NCBI GenBank assembly: GCA_964247055.1
Contig: OZ176055.1
Coordinates: forward strand, 6,324,001 to 6,388,000
Source: Paragordius varius
Taxonomy: Eukaryota; Animalia; Nematomorpha
Direction of reading: 5' to 3'
Length of the DNA stretch: 64,000 nucleotides
Each line of letters opens with the position of its first letter. Position 1 is the stretch's first letter. This document shows positions 63,521 to 64,000 of this stretch, in pieces. The notes under the pieces are model-generated. The model saw only the letters and a list, made by a program, of their open reading frames with translations, was not told the DNA's origin and searched no databases. The position numbers were made by a program, and so were the translations under genes.

Positions 63521-64000
63521 TATTATAAACACTATGCACCATTAATTCATCCAAAGACTTGATAATCTTATTTTAGGTTTAACTTGAGAGTAAAAATAAC
63601 ATCAAAAGATGTCAGCCAAAATATAGATTTTTGCTAAATTAGCCATTTCTATCCTAGTTATTACTCAATGTATTTTATAAAAAACCAACTTACTTCAGCT
63701 GCATTATCCAAAAACTATATTTTATAAAGTGGTAAATACAAGATAGTGTGATAATATATTAAAATTATCCCAATTTTTTAACTTATTTAAATGATTTTTA
63801 TGTAAATAAAAAGTGTAAAATAATTAGCCTTTCGTATTGTACCAATTAAAAATTTACTTAGGGCAACCAAATATCCCAATTTGTGTAAACACTTCACATT
63901 TTCACTTATTTGTCCGCGATGACATATTTTCATAGTTATGTCCCAATATCTTGTAAAAAACTACTCTTTTAAAAAGTTTTTTTTGTTGAAATATAATTAT

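Overview
AT-rich eukaryotic, animal-type genomic DNA with no prokaryotic features. Manual splicing supports 10 protein-coding genes: the TOPBP1 3' end, VPS39, mitochondrial IDH2, a SANT2-less CoREST-like gene, POP5, MRM1, PDSS1, a BAG3/Starvin-like gene, a 66-aa secreted antistasin-domain gene, and a signal-peptide plus TGF-beta type I receptor-like ectodomain gene with no visible transmembrane or kinase part. There is also a truncated VPS39 5' copy made by a 3178-bp tandem duplication. Intron sizes are strongly bimodal: many GT-AG micro-introns of 20-28 nt (23 nt most common) coexist with long introns and intergenic DNA packed with transposon debris. That debris includes hAT/Buster, piggyBac-like, TA-flanked and foldback MITEs, a Mos1-like mariner, RTE LINE fragments, Helitron-like repeats and a tRNA-Glu-derived SINE. 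The divergence, AT content and micro-introns suggest a fast-evolving parasitic or reduced animal such as a myxozoan or mesozoan; this is inference only. Protein identities come from motif recognition by eye, not database searches. The top leads are the micro-intron splicing system and the two small secreted Cys-rich proteins, which the ORF track largely misses.
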